Of a DNA stretch of 64,000 bases, positions 63,931-64,000 are shown one piece after another. The position numbers and the translations under genes are program-made. The stretch's first letter is position 1; each line of letters starts with the position of its first letter. The DNA is from Raillietiella orientalis (taxonomy: Eukaryota): positions 2,666,001 through 2,730,000 of the forward strand of contig JAYWIR010000018.1 of the NCBI GenBank assembly GCA_036172245.1, written 5' to 3'. Below the pieces are notes generated by a model. It saw only the letters and a list, made by a program, of their open reading frames with translations. It had not been told where the DNA came from and did no database searches.

Positions 63931-64000
63931 AGTTCCCTCCCAGCAGAGGAGTGCGGTCGTTTCTGTTCCTATTCGCGAGTGACCTTGCACCTTGCCGGTT

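Noticed and set aside
1..64000. CRISPR arrays, rRNA, prokaryotic operons, hammerhead or HDV ribozymes
   Set aside because: No repeat-spacer periodicity or rRNA motifs; isolated CTGATGA strings lack supporting stems by eye.

Overview
Eukaryotic, probably invertebrate, DNA with no intact protein-coding gene that I can support. Everything below is read by eye, without database searches. (i) A decayed, near full-length APE-type L1/Tx1-like LINE (36911-42085, minus strand), plus more than 10 fragments of related elements sharing a T-rich 5' end and a conserved 3' terminal motif. (ii) A decayed RLE-type NeSL/Utopia-like LINE (to 34128). It ends at the U2 snRNA target motif TCTGTTCTT and carries an inverted copy of its own 3' UTR plus a U2 fragment at its 5' end. 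(iii) Many frameshifted histone-like relics: two clear H2A pseudogenes and about 15 weaker H2A/H2B/H3/H4-like traces that need HMM confirmation. (iv) Three near-identical duplications of 837-915 bp whose second copies all lie in 48.7-55.4 kb. (v) A roughly 5 kb AT-rich island at 25.2-30.3 kb. Overall it reads as a patchwork graveyard of LINE fragments and multicopy-gene relics. Most long ORFs in the supplied track are GC-rich shadow ORFs.
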